In this document: positions 63,760 to 64,000 of the stretch, one piece after another | Position numbering within the stretch: position 1 is the stretch's first letter | How the letters are laid out: each line of letters begins with the position of its first letter | DNA from: Haplodiscus bocki | Lineage: Eukaryota | Direction: 5' to 3' | Assembly (NCBI GenBank): GCA_965655095.1 | Contig: OZ296659.1 | Coordinates: forward strand, 6,014,001-6,078,000 | Length of the DNA stretch: 64,000 nucleotides | Notes under the pieces: model-generated | What the model was told of the DNA's origin: nothing | The model's input: only the letters and a program-made list of their open reading frames with translations | The model's database searches: none | Made by a program: the position numbers and the translations under genes

Positions 63760-64000
63760 AGGGTAGAAAATTTGTTAAGAGCATTTCCATATTGCTTTTC
63801 ATTTTGAATTTGAGCTATCTTATATAACTCATGTATCAGATTACTAGCTTCTGTTAGAGTATCGGTAAGGCCTGATAATTTTAGTCCGAGTAAGATTTTA
63901 AGTCTGGTGTAGTTATCAAATATGCTAGATGGTATAAATTTTTTTCTCCTTCTCTTTGTAAACCATCAGATACATTTTCAATTGCTGGTAAAGTAGGATT
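63760..64000 (-). pseudogene. C-terminus of a conserved Polinton protein
   Basis: FIPSSIFDNYTRLKILLGLKLSGLTDTLTEASNLIHELYK...NALNKFSTL*. Confidence 0.5.

Larger units (their letters stand above)
40040..64000 (-). mobile_element. Decayed Polinton/Maverick (adintovirus-like) element 2, continuing past the right edge
   Basis: pPolB, rve integrase, adenain-like protease, MCP and penton, all on the minus strand. Confidence 0.93.

Overview
AT-rich eukaryotic (probably metazoan) repeat-dense window with no recognisable host gene. It consists almost entirely of decayed endogenous viral elements. (1) ~1-26.2 kb: one large Ty3/Gypsy-type LTR retroelement on the minus strand (candidate 5' LTR, long gag with a CCHC knuckle remnant, PR, RT, RNase H, IN with GPY/F). 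It is followed by an extra ORF, an envelope gene resembling chuvirus/herpes gB-type (class III) glycoproteins, and further unassigned ORFs. Its 3' part is tandemly triplicated (4556-bp period) in two steps of different age. (2) ~28.9-38.1 kb: a heavily decayed Polinton/Maverick (adintovirus-like) element with MCP, A32-like ATPase, penton, integrase and an HTH ORF. (3) ~40.0-64 kb: a second, divergent Polinton with all genes on the minus strand (pPolB, integrase, HNH nuclease, fibre-like repeat protein, adenain-like protease, MCP, penton). It carries a ~10.1-kb internal tandem duplication whose breakpoint falls in a CATACAATTA repeat array. Nearly all genes are pseudogenes. Family calls come from motif recognition by eye, not database searches, and most boundaries are approximate.
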